From assembly GCA_019058275.1 (NCBI GenBank), contig JAHLVW010000074.1, positions 1 through 64,000 of the forward strand: a DNA stretch of 64,000 bases. The letters run 5' to 3'. The translations under genes were made by a program, and so were the position numbers. Positions within the stretch are counted from its first letter, which is position 1. Each line of letters opens with the position of its first letter. This document shows, in pieces, positions 50,574 to 59,855 of the stretch. The notes under the pieces were generated by a model. It did not search any database, had not been told where the DNA came from, and saw only the letters and a program-made list of their open reading frames with translations. The DNA comes from Candidatus Heimdallarchaeota archaeon. Its GTDB lineage: Archaea > Asgardarchaeota > Heimdallarchaeia > JABLTI01.

Positions 50574-51673
50574 GTATACAATATTATACGACTGTATGTC
50601 ATCATTATAAAATGTTTCCGATTAGTGTCAAAAAAAGCCAAAGTGTCAGAAATAATTAATTTTTATGACATTATGTTATATATTCTTATATATTTACAAC
50701 ATATACTTTTTGCTGTTTTTTGACCTTTTTTTCACTATTTACCCGTACATCTGTATTATTTGTAATACAAATAATACTGAACTACTAATTTATAGAAGAT
50801 TTCTACTGAAAATCGCTAAAAGAAACATAAAACAAGATACTTTACCTGAAGATTCAAAGGTTGACAGTATTTTTATCAATTAAACAAAGATTAAATAAAA
50901 AATGAGAAAGAATGTTGTGTATCTATAAAAAAGGACAATTTTTCTATGTTACTTTCTATCTTTTCGCTTAAAATAACATTTAGATCACTATTTTATTATC
51001 TCTATTATCCTTTTTTTGTAAAAAATTGATTATTTCTACTGTAAAATTGTGTTTTATTTAGTATTAAATTGATATAAAATAAGTAGAACCTGAATTTGTA
51101 ATATTTGTATTACAAATAATACTTACATTTCTTTTTTGAATAATTTGCTAATCTTCTTACGAACTACAAATATAACAAGAACATTATCAGAGTATTTGAG
51201 ATGTGATCTTTAATGTAATATTCTTATCAAAAATGGCAAAGCAAATTCCATTGGTGGAAAAATATAAGATTTTCTTTCATTTATTAATTATTTCTTTTAA
51301 TACATGTATTAAAAGCAACACAAGTCACATATTTATTACATATAATTCAAGTAATACAAATATTGCACATATTGCTTATAATATTCACAAATTTACATAT
51401 GTTTAATTATCTACAAATGATCTTTTATCTATCTACATTTGTCATCTAATTGTGTTCTATCTCCACTTTGTATTATATGTAATACATATATTACTTTAAA
51501 ACATCCCGTATGTACATTTATAATAGTATTATAGATAATTATTTCCTAAAAAAATTTCTTTTCATATAAAGTGAATTTTTTTCTCTAATTTTAGATCAAA
51601 ATCATCAAAATTAATATGAGAGAAACAACCTAAAACATGAATTTTGTATTGCATGTAATACATGCAATATCAT

Positions 51674-52003
51674 TCAGAAATGATATTTAGATGCAATATC
51701 TGGAAATTCAACTTTTATTGTTCTTTTTAAAGCATCTTCAATAAACTTTGATCTATTTAGATATTTTTCATCTGTTAAATCATTTAATGCTTCAACGAGG
51801 TCCGAACTTACAGTTGCAGAAATAACTGGTCTACTCCTTAAACCAGGAACTTTATCGATTTCTCTCTTAGCTTTTCTTACAGTAGGTTTTGGTGGTAATA
51901 GCTTTTTTTCTTCCTTTTTCTGTGGTGTAGCTTTAATACCTTTTTCTTCTTTAGAAGTTGTTTTTCTTGTTTCTTCTTTCCTGTATTTTTGTAATAGACT
52001 CAT
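51674..52003 (-). CDS. Ribbon-helix-helix DNA-binding protein with a long Lys-rich N-terminal tail
   Basis: PVISATVSSDLVEALNDLTDEKYLNRSKFIEDALK. Confidence 0.85.
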   Translation of the reverse strand: MSLLQKYRKEETRKTTSKEEKGIKATPQKKEEKKLLPPKPTVRKAKREIDKVPGLRSRPVISATVSSDLVEALNDLTDEKYLNRSKFIEDALKRTIKVEFPDIASKYHF

Positions 52004-52067
52004 GTTTAATTCCCTTTAATCTTGTAATTAATACATGTAATACATGAAATATAAATATTACTTTCAC

Positions 52068-53021
52068 TTATACTTCAGTTAAAAATTCTTTATAGTAATT
52101 AGATACTAAATTTGCGATTTCAAAATCAATTTTTCCTTTACCTTTTTTTCGGTTGAGCCCGTCAGCAGCAACACTTACAGTAGCTCTACATAATAATCTT
52201 AAATCTCTAGGAATTCCTTGTGAATTTTCAAATAGAATTTTAGCTGCATTTTCATTAAATGGTTCTATTGAAAAATTGTCAATATCAAAACTAGAAATCT
52301 CACCTTTTGCATAAGCAATTCTTCTACCAATAAATTCTCGAGAGTGCTTCCATTCAAATCTTGGTACGTCAATTGGCTCACATCTATCAGCGATTTGAGG
52401 TAATACTGCAGCTAATGCTTGAAAATATTCTGTTGTGCCAGACATGATTATTGTAGCTATAGGTTCCTCAGCTTCCTCAGCGTATAGATCAGCTAAATAT
52501 TGTAATTTACTAAATATCTCATGTTGATTTTCACTTATGTCTTCTGCTAATAAAACAGATCTAACTTTTTCTTTTGTATATTTTTCAATTATGTCTTTAC
52601 CAACAGAATCCATAATTTCATCTGAATCATCAGTTTTGTTAAATTTAACATTAAATCCTATTGCACAAAGTCTTGCAAATTGTCTTGCATGTAATCCCGA
52701 TCTATCGATATATGCTGTTCTAAATGTATTATTATTTAGATCCTTCAAATCTCGTATGTCTCTTCTAATTAAAATTAAATGAGTAGATTTACCTACACCT
52801 ACAGGTCCTCTTATAAAAATAGCAGGTCTTTCATTTGAAACTACTATATCAACTAAAGACTCAAGAAATTCCGACATTTCAACTAATAAATCAGGATTTG
52901 GTAAAGTAAATCCTAAAAATGGATTTCTTTTAAATCCCATTTCTTTTATCCATGATTCTAGTATTTCTTTTCTTGCTTCAAAATGTTTTGAAAATGGTGA
53001 CATTCTGTTGGTTTTAGACAA
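52068..53021 (-). CDS. ExeA/GspA-like AAA+ ATPase
   Basis: GFKRNPF; Walker A GPVGVGKST; atypical Walker B VLLAED; IADR; sensor-2 GIPRDL; no C-terminal winged helix. Confidence 0.85.
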   Translation of the reverse strand: MSKTNRMSPFSKHFEARKEILESWIKEMGFKRNPFLGFTLPNPDLLVEMSEFLESLVDIVVSNERPAIFIRGPVGVGKSTHLILIRRDIRDLKDLNNNTFRTAYIDRSGLHARQFARLCAIGFNVKFNKTDDSDEIMDSVGKDIIEKYTKEKVRSVLLAEDISENQHEIFSKLQYLADLYAEEAEEPIATIIMSGTTEYFQALAAVLPQIADRCEPIDVPRFEWKHSREFIGRRIAYAKGEISSFDIDNFSIEPFNENAAKILFENSQGIPRDLRLLCRATVSVAADGLNRKKGKGKIDFEIANLVSNYYKEFLTEV

Positions 53022-53213
53022 TTAATTCACCTAATTTGTAATACAAGTATTTCGTATATATTTCTGATAATTTAGTTTAGATGTCTTTTTTCATAAAAAA
53101 GTGTCGGTAAAAGTTAGTAAATGATATAATTTTTGTTCCAGTAAAATGTTTAAATAACAACAAATAATAACTAAAACTCCATATTTTTTGTTATAACAAA
53201 ATAACGAGTTGAT

Positions 53214-53801
53214 ATGATGTCTAGTGAAGATGATATTTTCTTGAAAACTTTTACTCAGATGATAGAAATTTTGAAGACCATGAATACTTCAATTGATTTG
53301 ATTAGAAAATCTGTAGAAGTTATCCAATTATCTATTGATGGTTTAGGAACTGGTCTTACAAATGTCAATGCACAACTTGACAAACTTAACAATAAATTTG
53401 ATGATTTATCAAACAAATTAGAAAGTACTCCTGTTCATACACCAACTAAAGTAACGGAAACAAAAGCAACAGCTACTCCAACAAAGAAGAAAGAAACTAA
53501 AGCTGTCAGCCCAGGACCTGCAGTTTCATCACCAATGCCACAAAGCAGTAGTGCTCAACATCCGATATTCATAGATTTAGTTAAGAAGATAAATGAAACT
53601 GCTAAATTTAAAGAAGTTGGAGAAGCTCTAATAGAATCTTTAGAGCAGATTGAATCTAGTTTTTCATTCAGCCGAGTGTTTTACGAAATTCGTAGAATTG
53701 CTAATAGTCTAATTCGTAAAGGGGATAATGATTTTCCTCCTAATGATAGATTGGAATTAGTAGAAAAAATACTGGACTGGGAACAAAGATTAGCTGAATG
53801 A
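53214..53801 (+). CDS. Hypothetical coiled-coil protein
   Basis: Heptad N-terminus, P/T/K-rich linker and helical C-terminus. Confidence 0.75.
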   Translation: MMSSEDDIFLKTFTQMIEILKTMNTSIDLIRKSVEVIQLSIDGLGTGLTNVNAQLDKLNNKFDDLSNKLESTPVHTPTKVTETKATATPTKKKETKAVSPGPAVSSPMPQSSSAQHPIFIDLVKKINETAKFKEVGEALIESLEQIESSFSFSRVFYEIRRIANSLIRKGDNDFPPNDRLELVEKILDWEQRLAE

Positions 53802-53880
53802 TTTTCTTTCCCACTTCTTTTTTTGTACATATAACGAAAATCATATATTTTACATTTTTTTAATAGGAGAAATAATACTC

Positions 53881-54084
53881 ATGACACTAGAAATTCCACT
53901 TGCACCATTAGATCATTTACTGCAAAAAACTGGTGCAAAATGTGTAAGCTCATCAGCTGCAGGTGCTTTAAAAGAGATTCTTGGGAATGTAAGTAATCAA
54001 ATTGCAACACGAGCATTAGAACTCTCTAAGCATGCTAATAGATCAACAGTAACAGAGGACGACATCAAATTAGCTTACAGGTAG
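53881..54084 (+). CDS. Archaeal histone (divergent variant)
   Basis: EIPLAP...GAK.VS..A..AL...A.E..KHA.R.TV..DDIKLA histone fold. Confidence 0.9.
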   Translation: MTLEIPLAPLDHLLQKTGAKCVSSSAAGALKEILGNVSNQIATRALELSKHANRSTVTEDDIKLAYR

Positions 54085-54132
54085 TGGTTAGCAAAGCATT
54101 AATAGCATATCTCTGTAATAAAATAGAAATGA

Positions 54133-54210
54133 GCCCCGATAGTGTAGTTCGGTCAATCATCACGGCCTCTCGAGTCGTGGACTCGGGTTCAAATCCCGGT
54201 CGGGGCACCA
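54133..54210 (+). tRNA. tRNA-Glu(CTC), no intron
   Basis: GCCCCGA/TCGGGGC-A-CCA; ACGGC-CTCTCGA-GTCGT. Confidence 0.96.
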
Positions 54211-54264
54211 GTTTTTTTCAAAAGGGGTGTTTTTATTCTAAAATTCTTTAATATTGATGAGGAA

Positions 54265-54465
54265 ATGTACATGAAAAAGAAACGAGTTTCCTTGAGAAGA
54301 TTAAAGAAGGACCAACGTGCATCACCATTAATAGAAGAAGGTATATTGATTGGCTTAGCATTATTTGCTTTTGTACTTCTAATGGCAATAGTCTCTGATA
54401 TTCTAGGTTTTACTCAAGACATATTTCAAGACGTATCAGAGAAATTGAGAGGGTTAAATCCTTAG
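54265..54465 (+). CDS. Short Flp-like type IV pilin (class III signal peptide)
   Basis: Basic leader ...KKDQRA|SPLIE (Glu at +5) followed by a hydrophobic helix; upstream of a pilus ATPase. Confidence 0.8.
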   Translation: MYMKKKRVSLRRLKKDQRASPLIEEGILIGLALFAFVLLMAIVSDILGFTQDIFQDVSEKLRGLNP

Positions 54466-54527
54466 GTTGTTTTAAGCAAATTTCTGACCTTTAAGAAAAT
54501 TATTATTCTTTATTATGTAATTATATT

Positions 54528-54599
54528 TGTTGGGCATGATGGGAAGGCATTTGGAAGAGCAACCCTTGCTATGACCTATTTGTTAAAACTGACCCAACA
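54528..54599 (+). ncRNA. Putative C/D-box sRNA
   Basis: Terminal stem TGTTGGG/CCCAACA; C box ATGATGG; D box CTGA; internal GCAA/TTGC stem; two guide regions of about 11-12 nt. Confidence 0.7.
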
Positions 54600-54774
54600 T
54601 TTCTTTGATTTTTTTCTAATACTTTCGGTAATCTTCCCCACATATGGGTATTGAATTGTAAGATTAAATTAGTATATAACAGATTTAAAAGTCGATTATG
54701 TAACATTAAACCCATATTTCTTCTTAAGAAGCTAAAAGATATAATTTTGAGGTGATTAAATTGGTGTTCTTAAA

Positions 54775-55833
54775 TTGGAAAAAGAAAATGGATTATGTAA
54801 ATACTGCAATGGTGTTTTAACTCAAACAAGAGGCGAACTTGTTTGTACAAACTGTGGGATTGTTAACAATTCAATTTACATTTCAGAAAACAGTAGTAAC
54901 CAGATTCCTTGGGATCATGAAATGTCACCAGGAAAAAGAGTACATATTGTTGATGGTTTAGGTAGCTATATTGGATATCATAACGATGGTTATTTCCATG
55001 ATGGAAAAGGAACCACTTTATCTTCAAAAAATCAGTATAAATTTAGAAAACTGAAACATAAATATAATCTTCGGATAAAAATTGGAAATCATGAGACTGA
55101 TTATAGATCATTAATGAGTCTAAATCGAGTATCAGGCTTTTTGGGAATTTCTGATAGTGTAAAGAAAAGAGCTGCATACTTGTACAAAATAGTCACTACA
55201 GCTGAAACTAATAATAAAATAGCAAAGATTTCCAATCACATTGTTTTAGTTGCATTATGTTTAATGGTTGCAATAAGGGAATCCGCATCAAATGCTCCGA
55301 TAAGACTTAGTGAAATTGTAAGTATTTTCAAGGATTTAGGTCATCGAGTAAGTGGTAAATCAATTGTTAAACTTGCACAGACACTCCCAAATGATTTAGG
55401 GTTTTCACTAAAAATACGTAAAAGTGAAGATTATTTACAGAGAATCATTTCATCAATAATAGAGGTCCCTGAAGTAGCTGATCGATTAAAACAATTGAGG
55501 TTCTCAAAAAAGGAGTATGAAAACAAGTTGTTGCGATTCTCTCGAGAGATTCTTAGTGAAACTAATCTTAGGTCACGTGGTGGAAGAAATCCATATATTT
55601 TTGCAGTTTCAGTCGTTTACTGTGCTGACAGAATTATTGGGAAAGTAAGAAACCATAGACAAATTCTTACACAAAAAACACTTGCTGATATATGTGAAGT
55701 TGCAGAATATTCTATTAGAGATCATCATAGGACAGTTTTGAAAGAAAAAATGAACGATAAGCTGAAAGATCTTGTTCCTCATAAAAATATTGAGCTAGAT
55801 GAAAATGATTCCAAATTTCCTATGTTTTTTTAG
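54775..55833 (+). CDS. Divergent TFB paralogue
   Basis: CKYC...GELVCTNCG zinc ribbon, two cyclin folds, GRNP..FA..VY and TQK.LA.ICEVAEYSIR. Confidence 0.85.
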   Translation: MEKENGLCKYCNGVLTQTRGELVCTNCGIVNNSIYISENSSNQIPWDHEMSPGKRVHIVDGLGSYIGYHNDGYFHDGKGTTLSSKNQYKFRKLKHKYNLRIKIGNHETDYRSLMSLNRVSGFLGISDSVKKRAAYLYKIVTTAETNNKIAKISNHIVLVALCLMVAIRESASNAPIRLSEIVSIFKDLGHRVSGKSIVKLAQTLPNDLGFSLKIRKSEDYLQRIISSIIEVPEVADRLKQLRFSKKEYENKLLRFSREILSETNLRSRGGRNPYIFAVSVVYCADRIIGKVRNHRQILTQKTLADICEVAEYSIRDHHRTVLKEKMNDKLKDLVPHKNIELDENDSKFPMFF

Positions 55834-55864
55834 TTTAATACATAATATCTAAGGAGGAATATCC

Positions 55865-57358
55865 ATGACTCTACAAGAAAAATATCTAGTTCCTCCTTAC
55901 TACATTAAAATTTTTAAGGATACGAAAGATAGACAAATATATTCAGCTGAAGTAGCTTTCGATTCATCAAAATATCATACATTAACAAATACGATTGAAA
56001 AGCAAATTATTAATGAAAAGGGATTTTTAGATATAGAATTGCTAAAATTTCAATCTTTGTTAAATTCTCTAAATGGTTCTGTTGAAGAAAAACTAAAGGA
56101 TTTTATATCTGTGAAAAACAAATCTCTTAATTTCATTCGTGACTGGATAATCTATAAGATTATAGGACTAAATCAATTAATGCCATTATTAATTGATGAT
56201 AGAGTGCAAGAAATTTATCTAGATAAACCTAATACACCATTATATTTAGATCATCAAGATTTTGGTAGATGTGTTACAAAGATTATTTTATCTGAAAGAG
56301 AGCTTGAGCAATTTAAAACCCGATTATGTCTCGAGAGGAATGCGGTTATTAATTATCTTAACCCATCTCTCAAAGTGGAATTAAAAACTCAGAAGTTCCA
56401 TGTTCGTGCTGCTATAGACATTCCACCATTAGCAGTTGATGGAATGAGTATGAATGTTCGAAAACTTCGTAAGAAGATCTGGACTTTACCTGAACTTGTA
56501 GCTAAAAATATGTTATCTATAGAATCAGCTGCTTATCTACTTTTTATATTGAGAAGAAGAAATAATATTACAGTAATTGGCGAACCTGGTTCAGGTAAAA
56601 CAACTCTTGCAAATGCTATTGACTTCTTAACCCCAACAGAATGGCGAAAAATAACTGTTGAGGATGTTATCGAAAGCATCGAACAAACACAATATAATAA
56701 ATTTCAAACTCGTTATTCAGTTTCAACATTTGAATCTCAAAACAATAGTAATTCAAAAAGCCAAGAAATCATTAAGCTTCTTCACAGATCACCAACGTGG
56801 GTATTTCTTGGAGAAATTCAAACTGCTGAGCACAGTAAAGCTTTATTTGAAGCATTAAGTGCAGGATTGGTTGGTATACAAACATGTCATGGACGTTCAG
56901 CTGAATTAATGATTTTAAGATGGTTAAATCAACATGGTATTCCATTATCAAGCATTCTATCTTTAGATGTTTTAATTGAGAATTCTTACACATTTAGCAA
57001 TTGGAGAATTACAAGAAATGTATTTAGAATTATTGAAGTATCGAAAACCCCTCTAATTAATCATCAAATTATAGATTCGTTTAATGATTTGCAACTCGTT
57101 GAAATCTTTAGATTTAATATTAAGAAATCATGTTTAGAAAAAAAAGTTGATTTATTCGAAACTCCAATGCTTAAGTTGATAAGACAAAAAGAAAAAATTA
57201 GTAAGATTGCTTTTGAGAATGAGATGAACTTACTGATGAAGAAATTAAATTATCTTATACTCAACAAGATGTTTGAACCAATAAATGTCTTAAACTATCT
57301 AAATCTGCAAAGTAATTTAGGTATCTCCAGTAAAACAAAAATTACAAAAACAAGTTGA
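55865..57358 (+). CDS. Type IV pilus / Tad assembly ATPase (TadA/VirB11 family)
   Basis: PLLIDD.VQEI, GEPGSGKTT, TVED..E, LHRSP...LGEI and TCHG motifs. Confidence 0.9.
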   Translation: MTLQEKYLVPPYYIKIFKDTKDRQIYSAEVAFDSSKYHTLTNTIEKQIINEKGFLDIELLKFQSLLNSLNGSVEEKLKDFISVKNKSLNFIRDWIIYKIIGLNQLMPLLIDDRVQEIYLDKPNTPLYLDHQDFGRCVTKIILSERELEQFKTRLCLERNAVINYLNPSLKVELKTQKFHVRAAIDIPPLAVDGMSMNVRKLRKKIWTLPELVAKNMLSIESAAYLLFILRRRNNITVIGEPGSGKTTLANAIDFLTPTEWRKITVEDVIESIEQTQYNKFQTRYSVSTFESQNNSNSKSQEIIKLLHRSPTWVFLGEIQTAEHSKALFEALSAGLVGIQTCHGRSAELMILRWLNQHGIPLSSILSLDVLIENSYTFSNWRITRNVFRIIEVSKTPLINHQIIDSFNDLQLVEIFRFNIKKSCLEKKVDLFETPMLKLIRQKEKISKIAFENEMNLLMKKLNYLILNKMFEPINVLNYLNLQSNLGISSKTKITKTS

Positions 57359-57434
57359 ATTTGCTTATAAAAATATAGTTGTTTAAATTTCTAAATTCTT
57401 TATTACTCTATATAATCATTCTTTTAGGTAAACT

Positions 57435-58262
57435 GTGAGAAAAATGATAGAGAAAATCCTTACTAAATTGGCTAGGTCACAATTTTGTAGAAGGATAAAT
57501 TTTGATAAACTTCTTACTGATATTCCTAATAGCTTTTTTATTGATAATTATAATGTAAAAAGAAAAGAGTTTAATGGTGCTATATTAATTTCATCTTGTT
57601 TATTTGCAATGATAATTGCAAGTTTAGTGACTATATATGATGTTATTTTTGGTTTCTTGGTTTTAATCATAATTTGCTTGACATCAATTCTTTTCATGGT
57701 AAGAAGAATAAGAAAATTATATCTAAAAGAAATACTTGAAGTCGAACAATATTCTGACCTAATTTGTAGAGAGATAATGCTTATACTTAGTACTACAAAC
57801 TCATTACCTATGGTCATTGAATTTCTCTCTAAGGGATCATATCCAATAATTTCACCTATGATGGATCAACTGATCAAAAAAATGAATATGGGATCATCAC
57901 CAGTAAATTTATTAGAAGATTTTGCAAAAAATCAACCCTCTGAAACTATAAAGGAATTTATCTTTGAAATAGTAATTCCTTATGCAAAGGGACAACTTAA
58001 ACAAGGTAACACAATAAATTATGAAGCTCAATGGAGGATCAGAAATAATTTTGATTCTTATGTTAACCAGTTAGAGGGTAAAATTAGCATTTTCCTAGCA
58101 ATTACGACAATTATACCAGTAACAATTTCAATGTTGTTGGTAATGCTTGGTTATATAAATATAAATCTAATAATTTTTCTCCCATTAGTATTCTTTGTTT
58201 TTGACTTAATCGCGATAGAAATTTTTAATAGTGGAAAAGTTGAATTGCTTGGAGGGCTTTAA
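57435..58262 (+). CDS. TadB/TadC-like pilus platform membrane protein
   Basis: TM pairs flanking a T2SSF-like helical domain (GYP.IS...MNMG.SP...L). Confidence 0.75.
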   Translation: MRKMIEKILTKLARSQFCRRINFDKLLTDIPNSFFIDNYNVKRKEFNGAILISSCLFAMIIASLVTIYDVIFGFLVLIIICLTSILFMVRRIRKLYLKEILEVEQYSDLICREIMLILSTTNSLPMVIEFLSKGSYPIISPMMDQLIKKMNMGSSPVNLLEDFAKNQPSETIKEFIFEIVIPYAKGQLKQGNTINYEAQWRIRNNFDSYVNQLEGKISIFLAITTIIPVTISMLLVMLGYININLIIFLPLVFFVFDLIAIEIFNSGKVELLGGL

Positions 58263-58265
58263 AAT

Positions 58266-58910
58266 ATGATTTTATCTAATGATGATGTGATATTATTATT
58301 GAAAAGTTTAGGTAATAATTTATTATTGGGTAGAAATGTAGAAAATAGCATCTATATTTCATTAAAAAATTTACAAAACAAGGATTTCCATAAAGATAAA
58401 ATTATAAAATTAATGAATTTAGGAACTGGGTACAAGGAAATTTTCAGAGAGCTTGCACTACTTACGAAAGATGATTCCATTTCGCGAGTATGGACACTAT
58501 TATCTAAAACCTCAATAATCAGCTCTCATGAAACTGGTGAAAAAATCATAGAAATAGCTGAAAATCTGGAAATTAATAAAAAGCTTACTGAAAAAAGAGA
58601 TACTTTGATTAAATCTCAAAGATATAAAATTTTATTTCTAGGATCAGCGACATCAATTTTCCTTGGAATAATTGCAGGATTAGCACCTTTATTTGCTACA
58701 TTCATTTCCATATTTAGAAATATGGAGATTTCTCAAACAGCTCTAAATATTGTACCTTTTTCTCTATACATCATCTCAGCATTTTCTATTTATTTTCTTT
58801 CAGATATTGGATATGGAAAGTTTAATTACAAAACATTTCTTTTTTCAACAATTGTTTATGTTTTATCATATTTTATTGCTAAAGGTATCTTGATTTTACT
58901 ATTAAAATAA
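58266..58910 (+). CDS. TadC-like pilus platform membrane protein
   Basis: LLLGRNVENSI, a T2SSF-like domain and three C-terminal TM helices. Confidence 0.7.
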   Translation: MILSNDDVILLLKSLGNNLLLGRNVENSIYISLKNLQNKDFHKDKIIKLMNLGTGYKEIFRELALLTKDDSISRVWTLLSKTSIISSHETGEKIIEIAENLEINKKLTEKRDTLIKSQRYKILFLGSATSIFLGIIAGLAPLFATFISIFRNMEISQTALNIVPFSLYIISAFSIYFLSDIGYGKFNYKTFLFSTIVYVLSYFIAKGILILLLK

Positions 58911-58922
58911 AATCAAGAAATG

Positions 58923-59651
58923 TTATATGTACAAACTTTTAGTTCCTCGTTCTTTTTCATCTACATCTTGTTCTTTTGTTTGTGTAATCATATCTTGTAT
59001 ATTATGCTCAATTAGCTCAGCATCTTGTATAAGTTTGTTAACATTTACGTCTATATTCGCAAGCTTGTTTATTGCTTTAATTGCAATTGATGCTGCAAGT
59101 GGATCTGCCCTCGAGCTTTCAGCATACGGCAATAAAGCTATAGCAGGATAATCATATACTTCATACAATGCCAAAATAATAGCAATAGGTCCGGTAACAA
59201 AAAGCCCATCTTCAAGAATTGGCAAAGAAATCTTATTTTTCTCTAAATATGCTGATGTAGCAACAGCACGTATTTTATCATCTTCATTTTTCTTCAATCG
59301 AGCATCTAATCCACCAATTAGTATGGTTTGTTGGAATTTCGAATTAATTGTCCATTCAACAATTTTATCAGCAAAAGCTTTATGTTCATGTCTATATGGT
59401 TGAAAATGTGGAACTAGTATAATATTATCCTTTTCTCGAAAAAGCTCAAATGGAAGTGAAAGCTTACCATCTTTCGTTGTTACAAATGGTGGAAGAAAGT
59501 CACTTAATATTGTACCAATTTTAACTGCATTTAATTCATTTGTTATATATTTAGCTGCAATAAAACCAGTAGTTCCTATTCCATGAAATCCTGTTATTAG
59601 AGTATTATCTTTGAAATTTTTATTACCAGATATTTGCAATGTTATAGTCAT
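58923..59651 (-). CDS. Proteasome assembly chaperone (PAC2) family protein
   Basis: ITGFHGIG.TGFIA, LIGGLD, VTGP.A and DPLAA motifs. Confidence 0.88.
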   Translation of the reverse strand: MTITLQISGNKNFKDNTLITGFHGIGTTGFIAAKYITNELNAVKIGTILSDFLPPFVTTKDGKLSLPFELFREKDNIILVPHFQPYRHEHKAFADKIVEWTINSKFQQTILIGGLDARLKKNEDDKIRAVATSAYLEKNKISLPILEDGLFVTGPIAIILALYEVYDYPAIALLPYAESSRADPLAASIAIKAINKLANIDVNVNKLIQDAELIEHNIQDMITQTKEQDVDEKERGTKSLYI

Positions 59652-59855
59652 TTTATTCACTAATACTTTTTTCACTATGTAGTATTTAAAAAGTGATATT
59701 ATGTAGAAGTATTTCAATATTGTAAGTTAGGATTTTTGAGTTTTGATCAACTATACACTAAATTAGCTGGTGTTTTTATATCTATTTTTTAATTAATTTA
59801 TGAAATCGCAGTTTAATTTCATTGTAAATTATTTCTTGAATTGAGTTGAAGCCTA

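Larger units (their letters stand above)
50035..53053. repeat. Family of 25-bp palindromic sites (three GTAWTAC units at 9-bp period)
   Basis: Copies start at 50035, 50753, 51098, 51342, 51470, 51646, 52028 and 53029; example GTATTATTTGTA-A-TACAAATAATAC. Confidence 0.9.

Noticed and set aside
50035-53053. The 25-bp repeats as a CRISPR array
   Set aside because: Spacing is irregular (about 130-1000 bp), copies are degenerate and interleaved with genes, and there are no cas genes.
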